DNA from: Erysipelotrichaceae bacterium MTC7
GTDB taxonomy: Bacteria; Bacillota_I; Bacilli_A; Erysipelotrichales; Erysipelotrichaceae
Reading direction: 5' to 3'
DNA: 32,000 nucleotides
NCBI GenBank assembly: GCA_001695645.1
Contig: LVZN01000014.1
Coordinates: 1 to 32,000, forward strand
Under the pieces are notes generated by a model, which saw only the letters and a program-made list of their open reading frames with translations, was not told the origin of the DNA and made no database searches. How positions within the stretch are numbered: position 1 is the first letter of the stretch; the number at the start of each line of letters is the position of its first letter. This document shows positions 10,001-18,811 of the stretch, in pieces. The position numbers and the translations under genes are program-made.

Positions 10001-11684
10001 AGTCCTTATCTTTATATCTAACCTGATCACCTATCTTAAATTTAGGTTCTATCTTTTCCTTAACTTCTTCTTGTAATGATTTTTCCTCACTTAGTGCAAC
10101 TTGCTCTTCTAAATATGAAAATTCACGCTCATTTACTTCTTCACCATCACCAAGGTCAATCCTATAATGCTCGACAACTTCATCGTCTACATAGTGGTCA
10201 AAATAGAATTTGAAATACCCGATATAGTCATCAGTCATTTCTCCAAATTCATTTTCTCCAAGAGTTTGATTATGGTCTTTAACATCAATATCCTTTTGTC
10301 TTAGGATATTGATTAAGTCTTTAGTTACTATCTGCCCACTATAATCGGGAACTAATTCGTGATTTTCATTAAATTCTACAATCCAGTAATCTTTTCTATT
10401 TTCAGTGCTTTTGCCATCAAAAAAAGAAGCTTCATCAGCTTCCTTTTCTTGACTTATTTCATTTTTTAAGCTTCCACGTATTCCTTGATTGCCATCTTCT
10501 TCACTGTTGCCATCAAGTTGTTCATCTGTCCTTGGTATTCCTCTGGATCCTCTCTCATCATCTTCTCTGTCAATCCTTGTGCTTTCATCATCTTGACTTT
10601 CTCTCTCTTGATAAAGTCCACTGCCTGATTCTGAATTTCCTTCAGGTGGTTCAAAAGTGTTTTCTCCTCGTACATTTTCTGAAGTTTCTTCCAGTTCTCC
10701 ATGTCCTCGCTCCCTACTAGGTAAGACAGTCTTAGAACTGCGTATGTCGGATTCGGATATCTCTCCATAAATTCCAGATCCTTCTCCATCATGTCCAAGA
10801 TTTTCTCTTCGATCTTCATCGCTATTTCCTCTGTCGCTTCCATCTGTGAAAACTCGTCTATCTCTACTTCTTGACCTATCATCTCGTCTATATAAATCAT
10901 CTTGACCTCCTCTATCTTCATTTATATTTTCTATATCTCTATTATAATCGCCACCGGCCCTTTCTGTCAGCAGCCTAGCACGATCTATTTCCTTAGATTT
11001 TTCTATTGTGCTATCTATAATATCTTCGCTAACCCTTGATATTACAAGACCTATCTGCTCTAAAGAAATTGTATTAATCCTAGAAAAATTATTTTTTAAA
11101 TTTTCCATATCCATAGGATAGACTGTATTAAACCTATTAGCTACCGCATAGGATATTGAGTCTCTCATAAACTTTTCAAAGCTAAGTCTATCCTCTATAT
11201 CTATCCTCAAATCAGCAAGAGCCAAGTTAATGTATTCATCTCCATAAATTCGACTCAAAGAAAATATATTTTCGTTTAGTGAATCACTCGCTTCAAATGA
11301 AAAATCTCTTATTATTTCTTTTAAAGCCTCCTTATGGTTTTCGTGGTCAAACTGCCATAAACTAACCTCATTAATATTCCTATCCATTGATGTGGTCTGA
11401 CTAACATCAAAAATATATGAAATTTTTTGATTTATATCACTTCCAACTAAAATTGGAATACCCCTTTGACCTCTCATAACAACTCGACCAAAATATTTCT
11501 TCCACATATCAAAAGTTGCACAAGCTCTAGCTTTAGGTTCTTTGTTGTATATACTTAGCTGGCTAGAAAAATCATATTTCTGATTATTGCCTATAACCTT
11601 TAAGAGTTTTAAATATTCTTTTTCATCTTGTAAAACTTCATACTTTATTGCTTCTTGTATATTCTTAAAATCATTTACTTGCAT
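4041..11684 (-). CDS. Polyvalent 2547-aa protein: ArdC-N-like domain, low-complexity linker, N6-adenine MTase, SNF2/DEAD-like helicase, C-terminal tail (phage P1 DarB-like architecture)
   Basis: N-terminus [24 protein letters not shown] is ArdC-N-like. MTase motif [12 protein letters not shown] (~nt 9064-9095) and motif [10 protein letters not shown] (~nt 8878-8903). Helicase motif [13 protein letters not shown] (~6961-6990), motif [12 protein letters not shown] (~6481-6495), motif [13 protein letters not shown] (~5481-5510). The start overlaps the upstream MTase stop by 14 nt. Confidence 0.9.
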   Translation of the reverse strand: MQVNDFKNIQEAIKYEVLQDEKEYLKLLKVIGNNQKYDFSSQLSIYNKEPKARACATFDMWKKYFGRVVMRGQRGIPILVGSDINQKISYIFDVSQTTSMDRNINEVSLWQFDHENHKEALKEIIRDFSFEASDSLNENIFSLSRIYGDEYINLALADLRIDIEDRLSFEKFMRDSISYAVANRFNTVYPMDMENLKNNFSRINTISLEQIGLVISRVSEDIIDSTIEKSKEIDRARLLTERAGGDYNRDIENINEDRGGQDDLYRRDDRSRSRDRRVFTDGSDRGNSDEDRRENLGHDGEGSGIYGEISESDIRSSKTVLPSRERGHGELEETSENVRGENTFEPPEGNSESGSGLYQERESQDDESTRIDREDDERGSRGIPRTDEQLDGNSEEDGNQGIRGSLKNEISQEKEADEASFFDGKSTENRKDYWIVEFNENHELVPDYSGQIVTKDLINILRQKDIDVKDHNQTLGENEFGEMTDDYIGYFKFYFDHYVDDEVVEHYRIDLGDGEEVNEREFSYLEEQVALSEEKSLQEEVKEKIEPKFKIGDQVRYKDKDFTITNFDELSGGLKTVTIRDNMEYMGGMIRGSEVIPYRNDSYLEEIFENLSQTSEKLAVKVGNEFILEDENTFNGINLIETGTKVEVNEKEYPLYKGATFEESRKIDDLLDSGNYEIYKLSDHENQIERQVEQESFIDKFNPEIDQMMDRYDVPRDSAENLLRGKEDLKNLGYEPNKERLSFARNYDLKNHIYSEYLTPSERLDKNIKAIKMLKRLENENRSPREYEQAYLADYLGWGGLADVFDEEKGGQWLEARNILKENLTNEEYLNAKESTLTSFYTPREVMDGIYKTLTDMGFKTGNILEPSAGVGNFIGNMPSEIQGSKVYGVEKDSLSGRIARELYPEANIQIKGFEETNFSNNFFDLVIGNVPFGDFKVNDREYNRNNFLIHDYFFAKSIDKVRNGGIIAFITSSGTMDKKDESVRKYINARCEFLGAMRLPNTTFKGLAGTEVTSDIIFLKKRDSVIERDDDWIHLATDKKGLTYNKYFVDNPQMVLGDMKEVSGRFGNTITCDEKEDEKLKDLMDLASKEISSNSKYEEVELLEDEELSLPATDDVKNFSYTIIDEDVYLRENSVLIKQNISDKNKEKIKDYLDVMSALKDVIEKQKDDFSDEEIKESQAKLNEVYDNFSKKHGFINSLSNTRALKEDSNFSLVSSIEILDDEDNFKAKSDIFSKRTITKAKVVDHVDTSLEALLLSVSQKGYVDFEYMESITNKDRDTLIGELEGEIFLDIKDTDLINNRMPFENFDNDDPFHFSYVSADEYLSGNIREKIGYLNSYIGEIENVIDLAPSEKKDTLLNELGKLKYQREKLQEVIPEELTASDINVRLGATWIPQKDIEDFTFNLLKTPGYDRWNINVRFSPHTSEWNIEGKSVDSTNDLANMTYGTSRVNAYKLIENALNLKDTKVFDQVINDDGSKTSVLNKKETMLASQKQELIKEEFKNWIFEDPDRRYRLEKIYNEKFNSIRNREFDGSNLTFDGMNTEIRLREHQKNAIARTLYGGNTLLAHVVGAGKTFEMVASAMESKKLGLASKSLFVVPNHLTTQIGREFMQLYPSANIMVADKKDFQPKNRKRFIGRIATGEYDAVIIGHSQFEKIPMSKEYQVRHIQDQIDDIVSFIDENKRNRGENFTVKQLEKTKKKLLVRLEKLNDDFKKDDVITFEELGVDKLFIDEAHNYKNLFLHTKMRNVAGIGQSEAFKSSDMYMKCRYMDEMTDGKGVVFATGTPISNSMTELYTMQRYLQYDDLKARGLEHFDAWASTFGETENTFELSPEGTGYRQKTRFSKFYNLPELMSMFKEVADIKTSDMLNLPVPEANFEVIKTKPTEEQKEILEAISERADAVRNNQVEPTEDNMLKITNDGKKLALDQRLINPLLPDDPNSKVNVCVKNVFSIWDKTKENSSTQLVFSDMSTPKGDGEFNIYDDIRNKLVNMGIPKEEIAFIHEADTDKQKDELFSKVRRGEVRVLLGSTQKMGAGTNVQNKLIALHDLDVPWRPSDLEQRSGRIVRQGNENDKVNIFRYVTENTFDAYLWQTIENKQKFISQIMTSKTPVRVAEDVDEASLSYSEIKALATGNPLIKEKMDLDNEVTKLKMLEANYKSNKYKLEDKVNKIYPQSILKTEMEIQAVKEDIASIEKLGEGDIKFTSISLRENKILDKKEAGEKLLEEIKKVKINDSKVIGKYRNLDLQVSYNFMTNTHTFKLLGKAEYFGEFSNSTDGNITRLDNAIEKMPSRLERLNQNLENYKESLENAKVELTKRFEKADELRDKTLRLAEINKLLDMGEVEELENQSPLLEDLKRAIVDYSNYEFSESNSYEDFDKLYPDLSHIGLAYTETPDGKHSIQYEVNLEEKTWTQYVDNVAIRTESFVEEDISNSQAIKDMTEAIKMSSFDDLVSVDEEDLKQALGLEIDDDGNFYDPLAKDLDNDGIPDRYDNDFKDSDYFESTYDVEDNLHSREEKPSILGQISKFKSEEEKDKNQEKSEKGQER
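10466..10900 (-). CDS. Candidate nested alternate-frame gene, TnpV-like small protein (144 aa from ATG 10900; 151 aa from ATG 10921)
   Basis: Open frame offset from the host ORF and bounded by TAA on both sides. GGAGG lies 5 nt upstream of the ATG at 10900. G-ending codon usage differs from the flanks. The C-terminal pattern [38 protein letters not shown] is recalled as TnpV-like. Not verified by search. Confidence 0.4.
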   Translation of the reverse strand: MIYIDEMIGQEVEIDEFSQMEATEEIAMKIEEKILDMMEKDLEFMERYPNPTYAVLRLSYLVGSEDMENWKKLQKMYEEKTLLNHLKEIQNQAVDFIKREKVKMMKAQGLTEKMMREDPEEYQGQMNNLMATVKKMAIKEYVEA

Positions 11685-12636
11685 TTCCTACCTCCATTCT
11701 ATGAAATTCTTTTATAATAGCCATTAAAATATCAACCACAATAGAATTGCCGGCCTGCTTATATAGTTTGCTCGATGTACAATTCTTTCTTCTTGGATGT
11801 ACTTTCTCTAATTTGTCTATATCACAGTCATCAAAACCCATGAGTCTTAGGCATTCTCTTTCTGTTAAATACCTATATTTACCATTTCCAATATCTATTA
11901 TTCCAGAATTTGGTACTCTCATTTGTTTTGTAGAAATAGTATATGAAAAATCTTTAATCACTTTTAGTCGCCCTCTAAAACTGTTATCTATGCTTTTATT
12001 TAAAAATTTCAGCATATAAGGTTGGGTCATTGTATAAAGTTCACTTACATCCTTTTCTAAAAATTCACTTAGTGGTCTTGTTTCTTTCCTCTCCAATTTA
12101 TTAAAAGAAAAGTTATTTGCCCCAAGACATGAAACAACAAATATCCTTTCCCTTTTTTGAGGTATCCCAAAGTCCATTGCATTTAAGATTTCATACTTGC
12201 TTTCATATCCTAGGCTCTCTAACTCTTTTAGATAAATAAAAAAGGAGTCCCTCATATTTCTATCAAGGACTCCCTTTACATTTTCCCAAATTATCCATTT
12301 AGGTTTATCTTTCATTTCTTTTATTATTCTAATTGTTTCAAATAGTAAGCTTGATCTAGTTCCTGAGTTTTTTACTCCTCCTTGCTTTTTTCCTATTCTT
12401 GAAAAGTCTTGGCAAGGACTTCCATGCATAATTAAGTCTATCTTTTCATTAGGAGCTTTATATCCTACTACTGATTTTGCTCTATATTCTCCTCCATAAA
12501 GTGCATTGTATGATTTAACACAAGCCTTATCTATTTCTACATAATCAACTACTTCATAAGGTATCTTTAAATTAATAAAAGCCTTTCTAATAGCACCTAT
12601 GCCCCCGAAAAGCTCTAATATTTTCACCTTATTCAT
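11671..12636 (-). CDS. DNA (cytosine-5)-methyltransferase, orphan (no cognate endonuclease seen)
   Basis: Motif I ELFGGIGA, motif [10 protein letters not shown], motif VI WENVKG, motif VIII QKRERIF, motif X GNSIVV. The start overlaps the TopB stop by 8 nt. Confidence 0.92.
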   Translation of the reverse strand: MNKVKILELFGGIGAIRKAFINLKIPYEVVDYVEIDKACVKSYNALYGGEYRAKSVVGYKAPNEKIDLIMHGSPCQDFSRIGKKQGGVKNSGTRSSLLFETIRIIKEMKDKPKWIIWENVKGVLDRNMRDSFFIYLKELESLGYESKYEILNAMDFGIPQKRERIFVVSCLGANNFSFNKLERKETRPLSEFLEKDVSELYTMTQPYMLKFLNKSIDNSFRGRLKVIKDFSYTISTKQMRVPNSGIIDIGNGKYRYLTERECLRLMGFDDCDIDKLEKVHPRRKNCTSSKLYKQAGNSIVVDILMAIIKEFHRMEVGNASK

Positions 12637-14350
12637 TTAGATTGTTCTTGTACCTATCTACAAGCTCCCTTATACTATCTTCAATTTCTCTTAAAAAGTC
12701 TTCTTTATCTACTTCACCAGAGCTAATTTTTGCAAGTTTCATTTCCCATTCAGAAGTTGTTTCTGCCGACTTAAAATTATCTTCTACAATCGATACAAGT
12801 CTATTGCCTTTTTCTGTTACAAGTAATTTTTTCTTATCTCTTCTTATAAGATCCTTATGGATAAGATTTTCAATAATTCCTGCTCTTGTAGCTGGTGTTC
12901 CTAAGCCTTTTCTCTCCACTTCTACATCTTTATCCAAGGATTCTACTCCTGCACTCTCCATAGCCTTTAAAAGTGTATCTTCATTATAATGACTTGGAGC
13001 TTTGGTAAATTTCTCCGATATGTTTTTAGAAGTTAGCTTAATTTTATCTCCAGTCTTTACATCTGGTAATTCATTTTCTTGTTTTTCTTTTCCATAAGTC
13101 TTTAGATACTTTATATAACCTTCATTGATTACAGTCTTGCCACTTGCATTAAAGTTAAATTTATCATATTCATATCTGATTTTTCTACTAGATTCCTTTA
13201 AGTTATCCGAACATGAAGCAAGTAACTTATCTTTAATTAGATTATAAATTTTACTTTCTTTGTCAGATATATCTTTAGCTTTTCCAATACCTGATATAGT
13301 AGGAATAATTGCATAGTGGTCTGTAACCTTAGATGAGTTAAAAATAGACTTAAAGTTTGACTCATTAACTTTAAAGTCTTCTTCAAGTCCTTCTAATAAT
13401 TCTTTCATAGTATTTACCATATCATCGGTTAAATACCTGCTATCCGTTCTTGGGTATGTGATTAGCTTCTTTTCATACAAACCTTGTGCCAGATTTAAAG
13501 TGTCATTTGCTGAATATCCAAAATATTTATTTGCTTCTCTTTGCAAGGTAGTAAGATCATAAGGCTTATCTGGTTTTGTGCTTATTTCTTTATCTTCTAC
13601 CTCTGTAATAACTATTTCATCTTCTAGCAGATTTAATAGTTGTTCAGCAACTTCAATTTTATCAATCCTATCTGATACAAGTTTTAATCCTTCATAAGAT
13701 AGGTCAACTGTATAATATTTTTGCTTCTTAAATAGGTTTATTTCACTATCCCTTTTAGCTATTAAATATAGAGTTGGAGTTTGTACTCTACCAACTGAAT
13801 ATGTTTCCTTGTAAATGCAAGAATAAAGCCTACTTAAATTCATTCCTACCAGCCAATCAGCAATTGCTCTTGCACTTGCTGATCTATATAGGTCTTCAAA
13901 GTTTTCTCCGTCTTTAAGATTTCTAAATCCATCTTCAATAGCTTTGTTTTCCATTGAAGATATCCAAAGTCTTTGAATCTTCTTCTTACATTTAGTTTGA
14001 TTATATACAAGCCTAAAAATAAGTTCTCCCTCTCTTCCAGCATCACAAGCATTTATTACTGTGTCGTTGTTCTTATCGTTTAAAAGTTTCTTTAAAACTC
14101 CATATTGTTTTTTAGTGCTTTTAGATACTTCATAAATATATTCTTCTGGGATTATAGGAAGAGTGTCTATTGTCCATTTCTTCCATTTTTCGTCTATCTT
14201 ATCTGGACTTGCCATTTGAATTAAATGACCGACACACCAAGAAACAATGTATCCATTCCCCTCATAATATCCGTTTTTTCTTGTTCTTGCTCCAATTACT
14301 TTTGCAATTGTAACTGCTACACTTGGCTTTTCTGCTATTACTAATTTCAT
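12629..14350 (-). CDS. topB: Type IA DNA topoisomerase III, short form without C-terminal zinc fingers
   Basis: Toprim MKLVIAEKPS and CDAGREGE; active-site tyrosine motif ITYPRTDSRYL. RBS ggaggt lies upstream. Confidence 0.9.
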   Translation of the reverse strand: MKLVIAEKPSVAVTIAKVIGARTRKNGYYEGNGYIVSWCVGHLIQMASPDKIDEKWKKWTIDTLPIIPEEYIYEVSKSTKKQYGVLKKLLNDKNNDTVINACDAGREGELIFRLVYNQTKCKKKIQRLWISSMENKAIEDGFRNLKDGENFEDLYRSASARAIADWLVGMNLSRLYSCIYKETYSVGRVQTPTLYLIAKRDSEINLFKKQKYYTVDLSYEGLKLVSDRIDKIEVAEQLLNLLEDEIVITEVEDKEISTKPDKPYDLTTLQREANKYFGYSANDTLNLAQGLYEKKLITYPRTDSRYLTDDMVNTMKELLEGLEEDFKVNESNFKSIFNSSKVTDHYAIIPTISGIGKAKDISDKESKIYNLIKDKLLASCSDNLKESSRKIRYEYDKFNFNASGKTVINEGYIKYLKTYGKEKQENELPDVKTGDKIKLTSKNISEKFTKAPSHYNEDTLLKAMESAGVESLDKDVEVERKGLGTPATRAGIIENLIHKDLIRRDKKKLLVTEKGNRLVSIVEDNFKSAETTSEWEMKLAKISSGEVDKEDFLREIEDSIRELVDRYKNNLNE

Positions 14351-14366
14351 TCATACCTCCATAAAT

Positions 14367-14398
14367 AAAAAAAAGAGCGAAAGATTTCTCTCTCGCTC
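14367..14398 (-). terminator. Rho-independent terminator after abiEii
   Basis: Minus-strand stem gagcgagag / ctttcgctc (one G-U pair), a 6-nt loop, then a T8 run. It lies between the AbiEii stop (14443) and the TopB start (14350). Confidence 0.8.
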
Positions 14399-14442
14399 AA
14401 AGTATTTCTCCTGAATATCGTATTATTTTCGGGAGAATTCTA

Positions 14443-15432
14443 TTACTTATTAATTTCTTTTTCTAGTTCTTGAAGAACTTTTATAATCTCTTCAAATTTT
14501 GGATAGTCTCCATAAATCATTTCTGCCATAGCCTTATAATCTTTTTCTATTTCAGAAAATCTGTACTCTCTTGGGACTAATCTTAATCTACCATTTAGTG
14601 CTTCTTCATACTTTGCCCACTTCCTAGGATAAAATTTCATTTTAAATTCAGTCACTTTCTTTAGTAATTCTTTATCCTCTAAGGCTTTGTTTTTAAAATC
14701 TGATTTTGCTATTTTATATAAGTCATAAAAGTGTCTTGCATACCTGTGCGGCATAGGAGAAGATTCTGGTCTATTTGCTTCGTGATGAAGTATAGTTGCC
14801 TTTTCCCAAAATGTTCTCTCTGCTGATACCGTTCTTATATTAGTTTTTTCTTGGAATACATTTGAATATGCTTCGCCAATTATCGGCAAAACTTCAACAT
14901 CAATTGCAGGTGTCCATGCTGCAAGGCTTCCTATTTCAAGCTTTATATTTTGTGTTAAATAATTAGATTCAAAGATTTTAGGATATTTACATAGAATTGT
15001 TTGTGAATCTATACTATCTATAGAAAATTCAAAATCAAAATCCTTTAAATCTTGTTCTAAAACTTTTAAAAATTCATCTCTTAAAAATACTTCTGTCTTT
15101 TCATTAACTGCTTTGTTGAATTTATCTTGCTTGGTATTTGACCTTTCTAACCAAGGTTCTTTTTCTTCATAGCCTAATACTCTCCAATCTAAGATCAGAT
15201 CTATATCTTCAGAAAATCTTTCTATAAGTCCAAAACACTTTGAAAGTGATGTGCCACCTTTAAAGGTAAAACAATCTTTCCATTTATTTTCATTGAATAG
15301 ATAGTCTAAGATAAAAGTAACCCAATAGTCTTTTTCAATGACTGCTTCAGATATATTTTTCTTTCTGGCTGTATTTACTATTAAAACTCTTAAGTCTTCT
15401 TTGTCTTCTATATAAAACTTATTCATTTTCAC
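14443..15432 (-). CDS. abiEii: AbiEii/DUF1814-type nucleotidyltransferase toxin (type IV TA / abortive infection)
   Basis: NTase motif FKGGTSLSKCFGLIERFSEDIDL. 329 aa. The start overlaps the upstream antitoxin stop by 14 nt. Confidence 0.8.
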   Translation of the reverse strand: MKMNKFYIEDKEDLRVLIVNTARKKNISEAVIEKDYWVTFILDYLFNENKWKDCFTFKGGTSLSKCFGLIERFSEDIDLILDWRVLGYEEKEPWLERSNTKQDKFNKAVNEKTEVFLRDEFLKVLEQDLKDFDFEFSIDSIDSQTILCKYPKIFESNYLTQNIKLEIGSLAAWTPAIDVEVLPIIGEAYSNVFQEKTNIRTVSAERTFWEKATILHHEANRPESSPMPHRYARHFYDLYKIAKSDFKNKALEDKELLKKVTEFKMKFYPRKWAKYEEALNGRLRLVPREYRFSEIEKDYKAMAEMIYGDYPKFEEIIKVLQELEKEINK

Positions 15433-16030
15433 CCTCAGAAATTTTCCTTATTACTTCATATATCCATGCTGGCACTGATTTTGACTCGTTCATTAAGTCT
15501 ATTCTTTCTTTTTCACTTAAATTTTCTCTTATCTTTTGTATAACTTCATTAGTTATATTTTCTTTTCCCAAAGACTTAATTGCTTGAATAACTGTCGCTG
15601 TCTTCAAAGACATATTGGCAATTTCTCCTGGATTTACTTTTTTAAATTCTAAAACTGTATCCCCAATTTTATATTCTTTATATCTTCCACTAGATATATA
15701 TTTATAGTGAGTTGGAACTTGTGTTGAAAGTCCTAATAAGTTTAAGGCTGTGCTACTATATGGTGCAATATTCCAATTATATTTTCTTGCTATGGCAAGT
15801 GCTAACTCGTGAATCGATACTGCTTCGTACTCTCCAATTAATTCACTATATCTTGGATTGTAATAAAATCCATAAATGACACGCTTAATTTTATCTTCAT
15901 CTGCTAATCTTTTTAATATTTGTCTAACCGTAGCATTAGATGCAACATCTAAAAAGTCATTTGCAAAAAATACTTTATGCGAGTCAAAGCTATTTATTTT
16001 ATCTGATATTATTTCCATATATGAACTCAT
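15419..16030 (-). CDS. abiEi: AbiEi-like antitoxin / transcriptional regulator
   Basis: 203 aa encoded directly upstream of, and overlapping, the NTase gene. N-terminal wHTH-like segment NATVRQILKRLADEDKIKRVIYGFYYNP. RBS aaaggag. Confidence 0.65.
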   Translation of the reverse strand: MSSYMEIISDKINSFDSHKVFFANDFLDVASNATVRQILKRLADEDKIKRVIYGFYYNPRYSELIGEYEAVSIHELALAIARKYNWNIAPYSSTALNLLGLSTQVPTHYKYISSGRYKEYKIGDTVLEFKKVNPGEIANMSLKTATVIQAIKSLGKENITNEVIQKIRENLSEKERIDLMNESKSVPAWIYEVIRKISEGENE

Positions 16031-16042
16031 TACAATTCTCCT

Positions 16043-16082
16043 TTGTCACGGATATTGTATCATATTCGTGACAACAATTCAA
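16043..16082 (-). promoter_or_regulatory. Sigma-70-type promoter with an overlapping inverted-repeat operator for abiEi-abiEii
   Basis: On the minus strand: -35 TTGAAT (16077-16082), a 17-nt spacer, -10 TACAAT (16054-16059). A perfect 8-bp inverted repeat TTGTCACG-N16-CGTGACAA (16043-16050 / 16067-16074) spans the -10. Confidence 0.7.
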
Positions 16083-16103
16083 TTGTACTTAAATTTAATA
16101 TTC

Positions 16104-16973
16104 TTATAATAGTTCATCATCTTCATCGTCATCATCTAAAGATTCTTCATGACTTTCTTCATTGTCTGACTCATCTTCTGACTCACTAATATAATCCTCA
16201 TCATCTTCTTCAAAGTCTTCCAACATTTTATCTTCCTTAGCTTTGACTACCTTAAAATAATATCCTGCTCCTACAACTCCTCCAATTACAAGTGCAACAA
16301 TTAGAAATGAACCTATCCCGCTTTTCTTTTCTTCTTTTACTGGAACAGTCTTAGGCTCTTCTTTTTTTACTTCTTCTTTCTTAGGTTCTTCAACCTTTAT
16401 AGTATTTTTATCTTCTGACTCAATCATATTAAGTAGGTCTTGCTCTCCTACCTCTGTCAATAGCCTTACATTATCTTGGTTTGATGAGTGATCCACTATT
16501 AGGTGCATAGTTTTTCCACTTTTAGTTTGAAATGTTAAAAATTGTCTTACATCTACTGGATTTTCTTTATCTTTTTCTGTATCTCCACTTGGTGTAATGT
16601 CTTTTCCATTCCTATCTACATTTTCAATTACTGAACCTCTTGCCTTATTTTCCCCAGTCGCAAGATTATTTACTGCCTTTGTATTACCACCTTTTAAAAG
16701 TGGTACTTTCTTAGGAGAATTATTTGAAGGCTTATTTGCTTCACTTGTATTTCCTGGTATTCTTGGAACATCTTGATAAGGAATCTCTTCTTTTGACGGT
16801 GTAAAAACATCATCTTTCAACATTTTTTCAAATTCTTCTTTTTGTGGTTCATAGATTGATTCATTTTGACTTTCTATTTGATCTTCATTTGTCATCGCAA
16901 ATGTAGTTGCTGGTACTGTAAATGTAAAGAGGAGTAACGCTATGGCTACTCCTCGTTTAATGCTCTTATTCAT
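16104..16973 (-). CDS. Secreted, membrane-anchored transfer protein, DUF4366 / CD1107-like
   Basis: Signal peptide MNKSIKRGVAIALLLFTFTVPATTFA. Conserved-looking core FLTFQTKSGKTMHLIVDH. C-terminal TM IGSFLIVALVIGGVVGAGYY plus an acidic tail. Confidence 0.65.
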   Translation of the reverse strand: MNKSIKRGVAIALLLFTFTVPATTFAMTNEDQIESQNESIYEPQKEEFEKMLKDDVFTPSKEEIPYQDVPRIPGNTSEANKPSNNSPKKVPLLKGGNTKAVNNLATGENKARGSVIENVDRNGKDITPSGDTEKDKENPVDVRQFLTFQTKSGKTMHLIVDHSSNQDNVRLLTEVGEQDLLNMIESEDKNTIKVEEPKKEEVKKEEPKTVPVKEEKKSGIGSFLIVALVIGGVVGAGYYFKVVKAKEDKMLEDFEEDDEDYISESEDESDNEESHEESLDDDDEDDELL

Positions 16974-16987
16974 TTTTATATCCTTTC

Positions 16988-18571
16988 TTATTTTACATTT
17001 TTAAATACATAGACTGCTTTTCTAGTATTGTCCCATTCTATTGTTTGGTTTTTACCATCTTTAATATCCCCATGGCTTGCTCCAAAAGCTTTGGCAATAT
17101 TTGAAATTGAAGCATGAATTCTTCCATTTATAATCACTGGCTTAACATCTGAATTGTAGACCTTTCCATCTGAATCTTTCATAACACCAGTATCAATATT
17201 TAGTCTTAATGTCTTTTTAGCTAAGATATTATTCTCTTTATTTGAGAAAATAGCTTCACGAGTAGAGTTGTCATACTCAACATTAAAACCTAGAGTATAA
17301 GCAATATATCTTACTGGAATCATAGTTCTTCCTTGATCTACATAAGTTTTTACATCCATATATACTGTTGTCTTACCATCTTTGTTAATAATGTTATAGA
17401 AGTTTTTGTCTACTTGAAAAACTGCAAATTCTTTTTCATCTTTAACTTGTTTTTTGTCTTGTTGTTCCTCTTGCTTTTTCATCTTGTTAAGATCAAATTG
17501 ATTTAGGATGTTCTTATCATCAGCTTTCAAAAGTTCGTCCCACTTCTTATCTTGAGATTTCTTATCTTCTTTCTTTTCTTTGTTTTCTTTTTGGAGTTTT
17601 AGAAGTTCATCTAATTTTTTAGATAAGTCTTGATTTAGATTTTTATCTTTTTCATCTTTAGCTTGTTTCTCAAGTTCTTCTTTCGATTTTTTATTTGCTT
17701 CCTCGATTAACTTCTTTACTTCTTCAATTTTCTTATCTAACTCTTTTTTTAGCTTTTTAATTTCTTCTTCAGAAGCTTTTTGTTTTTCTTCTAGTTCTTT
17801 AATTTTCTCTTCTAATTCTTTTTTTGTATTTTCAGAAGATTCTTTTAAACTATCAATATCCTTTTGAAGCTCTTCAATTTTCTTAAAGCATTCTGACTTA
17901 GAATTTTCTGTCTCTTTCTTTTTAGACTCTAAGTCTTTTATCTTAGTATCTTTTTCATCAAGAGCTTTTTCTAAGTCCTTAATTCTATTGTCTTTATCCT
18001 CAATTTCTTTAGTCTTCTTTGCAAGTTCTCCTTCTAAAGATTCAAGCTTTTCTTGCATTTCTTTGATTTTATTTTCGTTTTTATCGGTCTTTTCTTTCTC
18101 AGCTTCTAACTCCCATTTTGTAGATGAATAATCTTCTTTTAATTTTTCATTTTCATCTTGTAATCTTTTTAATTCATCTTTAAGCTGAGTAATTTCTGCT
18201 ATTAGTTCATCATTATTAGAGTTTTTAAGATCCTCAATTTCTTTATTCAGTTGAGCAATCTTATTATCTTTATTTCTAATCTCTTCTTCTAGCTTAGCTT
18301 TTTCTTGTTTTAGTTTCTCTCCATTATCTTTGCAAGATTCTAACTTTTCCTTTAATTCATCTATCTTTGATTGGTCTTCTTGTTTCTTATCATTTAAGTC
18401 TTTGATCTGATTTTCTAAATCACTAATTTTGCTTATTGAACTTTCTATAACTTTTTTACTACCATCTGTATCATCAGCTTTAGCTAGTACATTAGTAGTT
18501 GAGGTTGATGTTAAAACTAATAAAAGAGCCATAAAAAAGGCTCTTAGTCTTTTCGTGTTAAATTTCTTCAT
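16988..18571 (-). CDS. Secreted coiled-coil protein with a C-terminal copper-amine-oxidase-N-like (stalk) domain
   Basis: Signal peptide, ~330 aa of E/K-rich heptad sequence, and a C-terminal MIPVRYIAYTLGFNVEYDNSTREAIF motif. Confidence 0.7.
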   Translation of the reverse strand: MKKFNTKRLRAFFMALLLVLTSTSTTNVLAKADDTDGSKKVIESSISKISDLENQIKDLNDKKQEDQSKIDELKEKLESCKDNGEKLKQEKAKLEEEIRNKDNKIAQLNKEIEDLKNSNNDELIAEITQLKDELKRLQDENEKLKEDYSSTKWELEAEKEKTDKNENKIKEMQEKLESLEGELAKKTKEIEDKDNRIKDLEKALDEKDTKIKDLESKKKETENSKSECFKKIEELQKDIDSLKESSENTKKELEEKIKELEEKQKASEEEIKKLKKELDKKIEEVKKLIEEANKKSKEELEKQAKDEKDKNLNQDLSKKLDELLKLQKENKEKKEDKKSQDKKWDELLKADDKNILNQFDLNKMKKQEEQQDKKQVKDEKEFAVFQVDKNFYNIINKDGKTTVYMDVKTYVDQGRTMIPVRYIAYTLGFNVEYDNSTREAIFSNKENNILAKKTLRLNIDTGVMKDSDGKVYNSDVKPVIINGRIHASISNIAKAFGASHGDIKDGKNQTIEWDNTRKAVYVFKNVK

Positions 18572-18797
18572 TATGAATATTCTCCTTTTCTTTTAATTTT
18601 TCTTCTCTTTTTCTATCATTGATTTTCTCCATTAATTCTTCCAAGCTAATATTGTTCCTCCTAAGAGTTACAATTATTTCTTCATTTTCAACTTGTATTT
18701 CTTCATCGCAAATTTCCTTGTATTTTGCATTTAAATCTTTTAATTTCTCTTCTATTTTTTTCTTTTTGTTCCTAATACTTGTAAGTTTTCTGTTCAC
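18558..18797 (-). CDS. Small coiled-coil protein, DUF4315-like
   Basis: The track ORF 18558..18851 was trimmed to the GTG at 18797, which is preceded by agaagggag. This removes the overlap with the P60 gene. Sequence KIEEKLKDLNAKYKEICDEEIQVENEEIIVTLRRNNISLEEL. Confidence 0.55.
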   Translation of the reverse strand: MNRKLTSIRNKKKKIEEKLKDLNAKYKEICDEEIQVENEEIIVTLRRNNISLEELMEKINDRKREEKLKEKENIHNEEI

Positions 18798-18811
18798 ATA
18801 ATATCTCCCTT

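Noticed and set aside
10532-10720. Plus-strand 62-aa ORF opposite the nested-ORF region
   Set aside because: The region is purine-rich on the coding strand, so stops are depleted on the complement as well. There is no SD and no recognisable fold. It is listed only because it shows the local composition anomaly.
11747-12989. Plus-strand ORFs 11747..12019 and 12642..12989
   Set aside because: They are antisense to the C5-MTase and TopB genes, both of which have complete motif sets.
13846-14052. Minus-strand alternate-frame 68-aa ORF inside topB
   Set aside because: It is short, has no SD and shows no compositional shift. The topB frame here carries conserved Toprim-domain sequence. Unlike 10466..10921, there is no independent support.
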